Shown piece after piece: positions 42,577 through 55,100 of a stretch of 64,000 nucleotides of DNA. The notes beneath the pieces were generated by a model that was not told where the DNA came from, ran no database searches, and saw nothing but the letters and a program-made list of their open reading frames with translations. Where the stretch lies: contig JBLDXI010000029.1 of assembly GCA_047495785.1 (NCBI GenBank), positions 806,001-870,000 of the forward strand. Direction: 5' to 3'. Source of the DNA: Lepidodermella squamata (Eukaryota; Animalia; Gastrotricha). The position numbers and the translations under genes were made by a program. Each line of letters starts with the position of its first letter. Within the stretch, counting starts at the first letter, position 1.

Positions 42577-43366
42577 CGAAGCTTATCGTTTTACACCAAA
42601 TCTCGCTTGAAATCAATTGACAGGAAACTATATAATCTAGAACTCTTGATTTTGCAGAAAAGCTGTTAATGCTCAAACTAGTATGAGACGTCTGACTCGA
42701 GAGAAACTTATATTCGCTATTTAACTCAAAATATGATTCAATGAAATGATGTAAAATGACGCAACATTAAAGATTGAAGATAGCACTCAAATAAGGGCAG
42801 GGCTTAAGAATGCGGGGTAACTCAAGAGGGTGAGAACCATGATAACAAGTTGAGAGTAACATAGCAACTGAAAAAGCAGAAACTTGCATGCTGTAGTTAA
42901 ACGCAAACTGCAAACTGCAAGTTAACTAGCAAGTTAAAGTGCAATTGTTGAGATTCGGTCTGAGCCCCTAGAAACCGCAATCGATAGATCCCATCAAAAA
43001 AATATTATTAAAAAAATACCGCGCAATTTTCAATTTCACATTTAATATGTACTAATATATGCTTATCTTTATAAAAGAAATTTTAAAATTTTTGTAATTT
43101 TCTTAAAACAAGGTTTTCAAATTTTCCGCGCGCTCGTGATCTTCGTGATCTTCGTCGCTGACATTTTAGCTCTAGGTTCCAAGTTCCGCTTCTGGTTCAG
43201 CTTTACTTTATTTATGCCAAGAACAAGGTTTAGGTTTCCGACCTCAGTTATTGGTTCCCACCTTCAGTTCTTTAGTATTTAGTAGCCAAATCGTTTCATA
43301 TCATCGTTGGATTAATCGTTGGAAATGATACGATGTTTGTGTTAACTTTTTCAGACGCCTCTAATA

Positions 43367-46300
43367 ATGGCATATTTGAAGGGCGCTTCTTCAAATAGCC
43401 ATGACATTCTGCATCGTTACGAGAATGTATCAGAGTAAGTACATCTTTCGCTCCGGTTTTCGGATTCACAATAATCTTGTGCTATCCTATACTTTTTTAC
43501 AGATGCTTTGAAGCGGCGCCATTAACCCGGCATCCGAGTTTCTCGGCGAGGAAGATGACTAACACGAGTTCATCATCGTATAACAAATCGAATAGTGTGC
43601 TTGCATCAGGTCAACCGATCGAATCGTCTTTTCGGCTTTCAGGAGCAGCGCGGAAGTCATCTGAAACTTTCATTTCTGCTGGCAAAATGAAAAGTGGCAT
43701 CACGCCGCCTCTTCGTCAACGCTCTGATACTTCCCAAATCTACTTTCCGCAGATGGAGACTGACAATTACATAAACGGGGAATGCTTTGACGAATACGGC
43801 GATGGAATTCCGTTTCACGGCGATGAAGATTCCGACCCGTTTATTCGCGACAATGGTATCGATCCCTTCCATGAAGGTGATTATGATCAAATGTACGAAG
43901 AGAGTGAAGAAATCAGGCCCGTGTCGATCAGCTCCAGCACCATCCCAGGTTGGTTCAACCATGTGACGTGAAGACGACAACTTGAATCTCTCATCTTTCA
44001 TCTCAGGTCTATCGAGTCATGCCAAATCCTTCAAAGATAGCTTGGCGGATAAATCTGCTTTCATTCGTAATATTTTTCAAATCGACTTGCAAAATCATTG
44101 ACTTCTTATTCTCTAGCCGTCAAATTTCAGTCGATTTTTCCTTATCCCTCTTTCAACAAAATGCAGAATATTGTGATGAAAGATGTGAGTTTGCTCAATA
44201 CTGACATATTTCATTTGTTTGCTTAATAACTAAATGTGATAGTTGTTGGAGTCCGATAGTCATGTTGTTATCTGCTCACCAACTGGCAGTGGTAAAACCG
44301 TCATGCTTGAATTTGCGATCATTCGTGTCCTGAATCCGGTCTCGTCAAACCAAGGGAAGCCGAAAATTCTCTATCTATGTCCACTGAAGTCGCTGTGTGC
44401 CGAGCGTCTATCTGACTGGACTAAAAAGTTCTCAGCGATAGGCTTCAAGGTCAGCGAACTTACAGGTGATAACAGCGAATCTAACGACGCGGCCGAGGCT
44501 GAGGTACTGAAAACTAGCGACATTATTTGCTCGACCCCTGAGAAATGGGACTGGGTAACAAGACGATGGCGTGATATTACCACGAGCATCCAACTGATTC
44601 TAATTGACGAAGTTCATGGAATTGGCGCTGAAAATCGCGGCCCTACCCTAGAAGCTGTGATAACTCGAATGAAGATGTTAAATTCCAACAATAAATCTCC
44701 CTGCCGATTCGTCGCGATTTCAGCTACAGCACCGAATATTGCTGATATCGGGCTTTGGCTTGGATCTCGTGATAAATCGAACTCGAATAATCGGTTCGTC
44801 GATTCGAAGTTGAAAGAAGCGAAAGTTTTCAAATTTGACGAAACCTATCGACCCGTTCCGCTTGAGAAAATTGTCATTGGATACAGCGTGGGCGAAAAAC
44901 ACAACGCGTTCAGTTTTGATACAATGTTGAACTACAAATTACCGGCTGTTATTGAAGTGAGTTAGATTGCTGGTGTAAAAATTTTCAATTTTTTATTGTA
45001 TTTTTTCAGCAATATTCCTCTGGGAAACCGACGTTGGTCTTCTGCATGTCTCGCAAATCGACCGAATCCGCGGCGGCTTATGTAGCGAAAAATATGCAAA
45101 GATTAGCAAATCAACCGCAGAATTTCATCAATGCCACTCGAAATTTGAATGATCCTAAACTTCGCCAGTTGGTTCTTCAAGGCGTCGCGTATCACCACGC
45201 TGGACTGTCGCAGCCAGATCGTCAGCTGATTGAGCAGTTCTTCATTTCGGGGCATTTGCCTGTGCTTTGTAAGTCGAAAAATATTTGCCTATAATACTTG
45301 AAATATCTGAACTGCCCATTCAATAATGAACCCTGAGATTTCTTTGAAATTTATTTGAACCTGTCGGAAAATCAACAAGCAGATTAATTTTCGAATTTTA
45401 TGATTTTTAACAAATTTTGAAATACGAATCACCGCAATCTTTGGCGGCAACAGCCTCATCAGCCGCTAAGCCACGGCCAGACGATGTTTAATATTGCTGG
45501 ACTTCGAAATTGAAAATCGAGCTTAGAATATCCTAAATTATTGTAAAAATTAAAAAAATTATTTGTTGGTTAAGAAATTGGGCTAATTTTGTATAATTTC
45601 AGTTTCAACTAGTACCTTGGCGGTTGGAGTGAATCTACCCGCTCATCTAGTAATCATCAAATCAACATGGCACTGCACCGGTCCAATGGGCACCCCGGAC
45701 GAGCTAAACGACGCTGATCTGCTGCAAATGATCGGCCGAGCCGGTCGGCCCCAGTTCGACACGATGGGAAAAGCCGTAGTTATGACTCGCCAAGTCACGA
45801 AATCACGCTACGAGTCCTTACTATCAGGCACTGCCGTAATCGAGTCGTACCTTCACCGCAGATTGGTCGAGCATCTGAACGCTGAACTGGTTCTCGGGAC
45901 TTTTGGAACGGTTTCTTTAGCCCTTGAATGGATTAAGGAGACGTTTTTGTTTGTCCGCCTGTCGAAAAATCCGAATTTCTACCATTTCGAACACGAGAAA
46001 TCGCTGGCGAAGAAACCGAGTTCGCCCGATGAATTTTTGACGGCTTTGATTTTGAACGCCCTGGAAGAGTTGGAAAACATCGGCCTAGTCACTGTGAATC
46101 GAAATGTTGACGATCATAAATTGATCCCGACCTACTACGGCCGTCTAATGGCTCGACACTGCATTGCGGTGAACACCATGAAGTTGATAATGGAGGCGAA
46201 TAACGCGGAGAATGACTCGCTGAACACGTTTCTATCGCTCCTATCGCGAAGTTCCGAACTCGAAGACATCGCGCTGCGTTGGAATGAGCGAGCAGTGTTG

Positions 46301-49134
46301 AATTCGCTGAATAAAAAGTGCAAATTTCCACTCGATGGCGGGGTGAAGGCGTCTCAGGCTAAAACTAGCGTGTTGATTCAAGCCACTCTGGGCTGCTTGC
46401 CTATCGAACACGCCGCCTTGTTGCAGGATACGTATCGCATTTTTCGGGTCGGCTTTCGAGTCGTCAATTGCTTGCTCGAGGCGATTTGGAACCGGGCTGA
46501 TGTTGGGCAGGTTTCTTTCGGTGTCCTGCAGAGTGTTTGCCAGTTCGCCAAAATCATGCGGGCACAATTATGGCATGGTAAATTTTCGAAATTTTATTTG
46601 CAGATATTTTATACATAATTATTATTTATCTGAGGCTAATAGAAAATTTTGCAACTTTTGCTACATTTTTCCGGATTTTGTCTGAACCTTTATCTGGAAT
46701 AATCATAGAATTTCATTTTGAACAGACATTTTCGAGTTATTTCTAAAAATGGGAACCTTTTATATGATTAATTTTAAACCAATTATTCGATTTCACTATT
46801 ATCAGGACGAATGGTTGCATAAAAAGCTAAAAAGTGGAAAAAGTAAAAAAAAAACCTTGGCCCAAATTCACTTCGAGTATATCAAATGTTTCTGATTGAA
46901 TAAGCTGCTTTTCTTTTTTAGATTCGCAGTTTTGCTCGAAACAATTGCCTGGCGTTGGAGTGACAATTTCCGGCCTTCTAGCCCGTGCTGGGCTGGACAC
47001 GTTCGACAAAATCGCGGATACGAACGTGACAAAAATTGACGCAATCTGCGGCAGAAACGTGCCTTTCGGCATCAATCTACTCAACGCAGTCGCTGGAATT
47101 CCGAAATACCGCGTCGAACTCACCCAACTCGAACCAAACAGCGAAACTACGGCGAAAATTTCAGTTCGCGTTGAAATTTTGAACGCTGCGACTGTGAGCA
47201 AACGAGCGCAATTTGGCTTGGATCACAAGATCACTCTTTTGATTGGTAAATTTCGATTAAATTGCAAATGCAAGGCGTTATTTTCGCCGTGTTTAAGGTG
47301 ATTCGCGAAATGCTGTCCTTGGCCATTTTCGGCTAACCGACCGAAATTTGTTGGAGAAAAATGGCAATTGGGAGAGGCAATTTACCGCTGATCAGTTTTC
47401 GCAGAATGAGCAGAAATCGAATTTAACATCCCGCCCGGTTTTGAAAGTTTTCGCTCGCCTAATCAGCCTTGAATATTGCGGGTGTGACGTAACTGCCGAG
47501 TTGGAGCCGAAATTTCAACCGCCAACCGGAAAGAAAGTTCGCTTTTCAACGTCTGTAACCCGCAGTGTTGTAGTCGACCCATTCGAGGCGCCGAATTCCG
47601 CCGTTCGGCCGTCGACATCTTTCACCGGAAAACCGTCTCAGGATCATCATTTCGAGAAATTGAAAATGTTCAGTGCGAGAATTTCGAAGAAGCCGATGCT
47701 GATTGGCGACATCGATGAAGTTTCCGATGAATTGCCGCCTATTGAGCCGGAGAATGGCTACTGCGAGGAGGGCGCGGATGAACAGGTGAATCACTCAGTC
47801 GGAGTACCCGATGCTCCGAATCCGTCGCCTAAGAAAAAGCCGCGAACTACGGTGGCGAAGCGAGAGCCGAAAAAGCAGCGACAGGTACATTTTTATTATT
47901 TGCTGGAGTATTTGTTTGCTTCCAATGGAACCCGGGATTAGTCCGAGTTTACTAATCGAGAAATCGAGAAGCAAAGGAATTTCTTGAATCAGTGGCTTTT
48001 CAAAATCGGTATTGATTTTTTCGATTGAAAAAAGCGCCGCGATTCTGATGATGCAGTCGGCTTCAAAAAACAACCAAAATCGAATCTTATTTACGGATAA
48101 ATACGGAAAGAGAGTAGATGAAAGCAACTTTCGCCTCGCAGTATACTTCGATTGCTTCAAAACTGAGTTTTCTTTAAGTCATAGGCTAAAATAATCGAAT
48201 TGGATTATTAGACCCGGGTCTTTTACTTAACTCGTGGAAACTGTTGAATCAAGCAATCTATACTCGAAGATTTTATTGTCTTTCTTCCTCTTGCCCACCT
48301 TAAATAAGTAATCCGCCAAATGCGCCTGTGCTTCAGTAGAAGAAAACGAGATTGAAATCCAGCCGCGAAATCTAGCAAAATTGTAGCATTTTTTATTTTG
48401 TTGTTGTTTTAGTTTTAATCTTGTTTACAAATAATTTTTAGGTCAAAATTGATGAATTTCTGGTGCCTAAAACAAGTTCGTCCAACTCAAGTGCGACCTC
48501 AGACGATTCAAATCAAGCTAGCGATGAACTAGCCTCGCCGCCCGAATTTCCGTCTCGCTATTCGAAAATGATGTCTAGTGCCCAGTATTTTTCGAATGCA
48601 AACCCGGAGAAGACGCCGGCCGAAGATTTCCAGACGCTGCAATCGTCAGTCTCCAGCAGCAAGTACACGTTCAAGCCACGTGGCGCGATTGGAACGGTTG
48701 GAACGAAACCTGCGCCGCGTAACGTACAGCCAAAGCCTGATGCGGTTAAAATGAGCGATCGACTGCTTTCAAATATCAACAATTCCAGGCAGGAAGCACC
48801 TAAACCGGCTGTAAAAGCAGCACCTGCCGTCAAAAATTTGGTAATTTCTAAATTTATCCAAAAACCAAAAATATGTTTCTCAAATGTTTTCCAGGATGTC
48901 GAATTATCTTCTTTGCCTGAACCAAAGCCCGCAAAATTTCCCGCGATGAACGTTGCGAAGCCTCAAGTTGCGCCGAAATCTAGTCCTGCAAATTATTTTG
49001 GAGATTTCGATAGCAGAATTTCGAAGCAAAATGTTGAGAAATTTCAACCTTTCCGCCAACTTACTGCGCCAAAACCCGTTGTCGACTCTGAACCAATGGA
49101 CCTTTTCGATGTTTTTAATTCTCAATTGTTTTGA
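43367..49134 (+). CDS. HFM1: Meiotic DEXH helicase HFM1/MER3, multi-exon (5' end approximate)
   Basis: FQSIFPYPSFNKMQ, SPTGSGKT, TPEKWD, DEVH, RGPTLEAVITRMK, GVAYHHAGL, STSTLAVGVNLPAHLVIIKST, QMIGRAGRPQFD, Sec63-like region and a disordered C-terminal tail. Confidence 0.9.
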
Positions 49135-49328
49135 CTTTCAATCATCTCGGTGCCTCAAGGACAGATCTGTTGATTTTTTCGCTCATTTTCACCAAATTTT
49201 ATGCCAAAAAATATTTACTCTGGGTACTTGAACCTCGTTGTTGCTGTTGACAAATAAACTCTGATCACACTTGCAAAACAATGGTTTATTGTTCAACAAT
49301 AATTGAAAAAATATATAAGATTTTTCAG

Positions 49329-51350
49329 CTAAAGCTTGTCGATGACTTTATCACTAAGGCCTTTCGTCCAGTGTAGCAGTGATTCCGCTTCATTTTCGTG
49401 AATTCTCGGCGTGTTATTGGTATATTTATCGAAAATCGGCTCGTCAGTTCTGAATCGGAATTTGTTCTCCTGAGACGAAGGCAGCGAAGGCACTTGACTG
49501 TTGAAGTCCTTAGTTTCCCGGCTGGCGGCCGATTTTTGAGCCGTGCTCAAGGTAACTCCGAAAGACGAACGTTGGCCGCTGGTTGCGGACGACTTATTGT
49601 CAAAAGTAGTAGTGGAATCCGTCATGGTTGGCATAAAAACTACGGTTTTTCTATGGCTGGCGGGTGGCACAGGTGACTCCTCGCGGTTCGGCGTGTTTGT
49701 ACTGACTCCTGGTGCTGAAGGAGCTAGCGAGGGAGCCCGTCCTATAAATCAAGACATCAATAATCTTAGCATATTTCAAAATAGCTAGCTGCATTCCAAG
49801 CAATTTTCGTGATAAATGAAAGATAAGCCATATTCAGACCAACGGCAAGCGAATTTACCAGTATGTCTCAGTAATCATATGTAGCGGCATCATCTTCATC
49901 TTGAAATAATGACAAGCCAGGTATTTAAAATATTATTTAAGGAGGATTCGGGAAACACTCAAAGAAAACGGGAAAATGAAATAAGCAGAAAACCCAGAAC
50001 CAATCTAATAATAATTGAACCTTTCTCATCCAACGATGCCTGTGCCACATCACTTTCCATGGCACTATCCGTTTCCTCTTTCTCAAAAGACTTAGTTTTC
50101 TCTTTACACATCAAAACGTTACAGAATTTTTTCAGTATTTGTGAAATTTTTACCTGGTGACATCAAGGTGTCCAGTTTCAGCTTCAAAGCCGTTCTAATG
50201 ACGTTGGATGGCTCCTCGCCTGGGTCAGCTTGGGGTATGATTCTATTAAATTTAATTCGAATATCAAACAAAAATATGCTCAACGTTCATTAACTTACGC
50301 AGCTGGGTTCGGAATGTTCAAAAGCGGCACTTTAGGTTTAACACGGCGAGGTTTATCGTAGGTTTTTCCGGAAAACCGAGTAGTGCCGATCTGATTCCAT
50401 GTTTTCTGATATTCTTCGAAAGCAACCTGCCTGACAATGTCTTTGTTGAGGCTTGAATCACTTCTTGACCCTGTTGCTGATTGCAAAATAGCATCTCCGG
50501 CTTTGATAAACGCTTTCGCTCTGTCTTTCGAATATCTCAAGTCGTATTTTGACATAGGTTCCGTTGATGATAATAAGTCGCCTGTTAATGCATCGTTACA
50601 GTAGCGCTTAGATATCGCTTAAACCAACCTAGGTTTTGACTGTTACTAGCACATTTTTTGGCGAGAGCGTAGTATAAATCGGGTGACGATATCAGCAACT
50701 CTTTAGCTTCCCAATTTAATACAAAACTTTCTATATTAAGAATCGGATCTGCCAGCACCTGAAATAGTTCTTGAATCAATTCTGTGACGTGACATCGTGA
50801 GTTCCAATTGACGATTTTTGGCAGACAGCAATCGCCGCTGACTGGGTGAACTGAAATTGAATGAACAAGTAATGATAAAAGCTTGAAGTTTCGTCTCTCA
50901 CCGTTTGGATGAAACGGTATAGTGAAGAAACGAAATTGAGGGGCAGCGAAAGGATAATTCTGCGGAAATCTGATGTCGAGGTAGAAGCGCCCGCCTTGTT
51001 GGGAAACCTTAAATTAGGATATGAAGAAATAAATTGACGTATTTGTACCTCTCCAGTTGTCATCGCTCTGCGGAGGAAAGACTAGGCATAATATGCGGAT
51101 AGGTAACTCCACATTAACTATTTGTAAGTCCTGAATAATAGAACAAATAACATTGGTGCTTCAATTCTTTCAAGGTGTTCATTTTTACCTTCACATTCTC
51201 TTGAAGCATCGTCAGCTCCTGCTGAACCAAAAGGTAACTTCTAGTATGTACCTCCATTTATCTATCGGATAATAAAACAGTTTAGGTTGAGGTATTCAAG
51301 TTACTTATTGAAGAATGACTTGATTCGTGCGTTTTTTCGTGGAATAGTAC
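49329..51350 (-). CDS. UBE2U: Ubiquitin-conjugating enzyme E2 U-like with long C-terminal extension, multi-exon (start codon unresolved)
   Basis: Spliced reading: SYLLVQQELTMLQENVK|DLQIV...NWRG|GRFYLDIRFPQNYPFAAPQFRFFTIPFHPN|VHPVSGDCCL...VLADPIL...NWEAKELL. The downstream AFEEYQKTWNQIGT matches the UBE2U post-UBC motif as I recall it. The UBC core is split across small exons and is largely missed by the ORF track. Confidence 0.75.
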
Positions 51351-52174
51351 TGTATTTTCTTATCAGGAAATCCAGTTTAGTTTACAACTTGGTTTATCTA
51401 ATTTTAATCCACTGCCTTTCAAACATGTATGGCCATGAGAGGATTGAGTCGACCCAATATGATTTTAAATTTTAAGTCCTGTCAATTATCGATATGAGCA
51501 ATAGGTAGTTCTGGCGCCCTCCATCCTCTGCTGATGAGGTAGGAAAATAGGCATAAAAAATTTATGAAATATCACACGAGATGCAGGATAGCGGCTAACG
51601 GTTTTGAGTTTTGAGACTTGAGCCTAATACTCTATTGTGTTAATCTCGAGCTTTGGGGTAGCACTTTACGCACCGGCGGGCCTCAAAGCCGGCCAGTGTC
51701 CTCACACCCAAACCGCATGCGCGGAAGACAGCGTCATTGGTTACAAAAAACACTAAGAAATGCAAAATTGGAAAAATGCATACTTGAAAGATATCCATAA
51801 TATTAAGCTTATTTTATGTAAAGGTGTTATTTTCAAATTTACCCGTTAACGATGTTCGCGTCCTTAGATTTCACAGTGTGTAACGATCTAGGTTTGCCTC
51901 TGCTTTCTGTTTTAGTGATCAATCTCGAGTCTTGGACGTTGCGGTCTAAATTTCTTATCAACCCCTATGCCCCATAACTAATTCTGACACCGCAATCCGT
52001 TACAAACTCGCATGAATGCAACAGAATCTGTCCTTGAATTTCACAGCCCCTTGTACACTTACCATTTTGTTTCAACATCCTCTGTTTAAGAAACGGCGTT
52101 ATTCTATGTTGTGTGATGTATCGTTATTTCTAGGATTGATTGGTAAATAGCAGTCAATCAACTGGATACAGTCG

Positions 52175-55100
52175 ATGGCGAAATCAGGTCATGTGCCGTT
52201 GATAGAGATAGTCATTGAAGACGTCCCCCTCCCTGCCGAGTTCAGCAACACAATCCAGTCTCAGTTTATTTCAGTAAGCAGCAAAGACTACAGTACTGTT
52301 GCCAATACTTGGAGTTTCACCGCGTTAAAGCATAACGATTCTAGTCTCATTGATGTGATTCGTGAAGAGTTTGCTGATGGTGTATCTTTTCAAACGATTC
52401 GCCTGGCTACTAACATTGTTAGCTTTGCGCAATCTCATGATGGACAAGCGCTATTAGTTGTCGATAAATCTCAGACTGCATCGATTATTCGGAGAAACAA
52501 AGAAAGCTCGCACAATATTGAACTGATACCTCAGCTTTCAGGGATCCTGGAGCTCAACCCTCAAGCCTTATCGCCATCACATGGTGGATTTTTGTCGATA
52601 TCTAATGATGCAAGGCAATGCATCTTTTATGCCGGCTCGAGTGAAATTTACTATTACATACAACGCTCCCGTCGCCTGCCTTCTTGGATGACTTTGAAAT
52701 TAGAAGTTCCGTCAACATCGACTGCCCAGCTGAAGGACTCAGGTCGTTCAATCGCCTGCCGATTCATTGCAACCGAAAATGGCTCTACGATCTGCTCGTT
52801 AGCTGTATGTTTCTTCGGCGCAATGAGCAAATCTGGGCTGCCGAATCTGACTTTGAGCTCATACCTTGTGCGGCCCTTGCTCGACCAGGCGCATATCCTC
52901 AGCCGGCCTCAATGCAGTGAAGTGAAGCCATTCAGATTCGTCTTTCCTCTGAAAGCTTTCGGAGCATCAATTGCCCCGAATTATCAGCAAGGTTCTCTTG
53001 TTTCATGCGTTTCTAATTCCGGTAATATTCTAGCGCTCGTTATCAATCAGCACCAAGCGGGACTTTCAGCTTCGAATTCACGATTGTTATTTCTTGGCTT
53101 GCAAATGCGGGCGTTGGTAGTTTGTCGACTGAACAAAGTTCTAGACGGTCAAACTGATTTCATCACATCAGTCGAATGGCTGCGGTCCGACTTACTCTGC
53201 GCAGTGTGTTCAGCAAGAGGCCGTTTCGCCATTTTCGCGGCCGCATCTGGTGCTATTCACCTAGTACTTTCATCAAGCGAAGTTCTGCCTGCTATTGTCT
53301 CTCAGCTGCAAGCCGGTAAAGATGATTCCAATTACTCAATCCAGCTGCTAAAGCCAAATACAGCAAATGTTGCAAACAAAATAAAACTCGCAATTCACGT
53401 AGCAGAGCCGGTTTATCTGTGCTATTCACTTGCTCAAGCCAGTCACGTTATTTTACGCAACGTCCCTCAACGCATCAAAATTATTCGCGACTTCTTACAC
53501 GCAGCAACCGAATCAATGAAGACTACAGATTTCATGAACGCAGGCCGGCTGAATCTTTCAGCGTGGGGTCTAATCGCGACATACTTAGATTCGTTCCAAG
53601 AACGCCAGTTAGCAATAATTCGCCAAGTTGCTGTTCAAACTTTCCAAATCTGTTCGTATTTCATCGCAAGCGGCGAGGCGGTTCTTTTTGATCGTTTCGC
53701 TGCTTTTCTCGCCGAACTTCGCAGTCTACTTGGATTTTGCATTTTCAACGAAGACTCGTTCTCGTTGTTGGCTGAAACTGTTACCTTATGCCTGTTACTA
53801 GCAGTCGATCACCTGCTTCCACCTGTGAGCAATTCCATGCCGATTTCCCCGGCTAAAATACCGTCTTCCGATATTGTGGTCAGTCTTTACAAACTGGTCA
53901 GCTATTTAGACGCCGATATACGCCAGTGCCATCGTCATTTAGATACGACAACAGGCGATGTTCGAAATATCGATATTGCGAGTGCATTCGAAAAATCGAA
54001 AACCGGAATTTTGCTTCGAAAAAATTCGAGCGGCGAATCATTTCCTTCGCTCTCGTGGGCGTTGAATTTTTACGAACGCTTGTACCTGGAGTGTTGCCGG
54101 CAAATTGTAACGGCTGGGAAGGAAGAACAACCGGTCATGTTAGCGAAATATCGCCCACTTTTGCAGAAAATTCAAGCGTCCTGCGCACTTGTTTGCCCGG
54201 TTGGACAATGTGTGGCAGCGTTGGCCGATTTTAAAGTGGCACCAGGAGTTGGTAAGTTCGTTTGTAATTTAGAAAAATCTCGCAAAAATTGGAAAAATTG
54301 ACAAAACGACCAGATTTTAGCATAAAATTCACCCAGCTGAATGATGATAGCTGAAATATTTCGAATATTAATTTTTAGTTTACTCGAATGTTTGATACTA
54401 CATGTACTTGACTAAATAAGTTGTGTTACTAATTCATGCTCGAAATTTTGCTTTTAGATTCATACCTCGATGGGAACATTGAGGTTGCCCTTCGAACCTG
54501 GGCGACTACCTTGATCGAGCAGCGTCAAAATCCGGAAACCGTCGAAAAACAGCGGAATATCGTGTTAACATGCCTTTTCGGTCTGTTATCGTCAAATCGA
54601 GTCGCAGAAGCGATTCTGCTAAGCGATTTCATTACTCTCAACATAATTTGCCCGGTGAGGCGAAAAATCGATTTCCCAGCCGAAGATCAATCAAACCTAG
54701 TTCACATTGCTCAATTGTCGGAAATTATTGCGACTTCGACGCGTAAAGAGTTACTCCTTGGGCCTTTTCAAAGCTTTGTTGGAAGCCTTGCAGCTGCTGT
54801 TTCGCGCTGGGTCCTCGAAGAGCCGGTTTGCATACCGCCAGCTCTTCAACCTCGAGAAGTTGAATTCGACAAAATATCCCAGAAAAATACAAGTAATTAA
54901 TTTTTTCAAGATTTTACGATGAAATTTAATAAATTTTCCACAGATTCTCAGCGATTTATTTGCGTTGATCCAGAATTTGTAGCTGGAGCTGATGGTTTGG
55001 CCTTAATCAACCCATCAAAGCTTCTCATTGGTAAGTTTCAGCGAAAAACTCCAATTTCTTTATATTTTCTTCAACTTTTTAGAACTCCTGATATCAGGCC

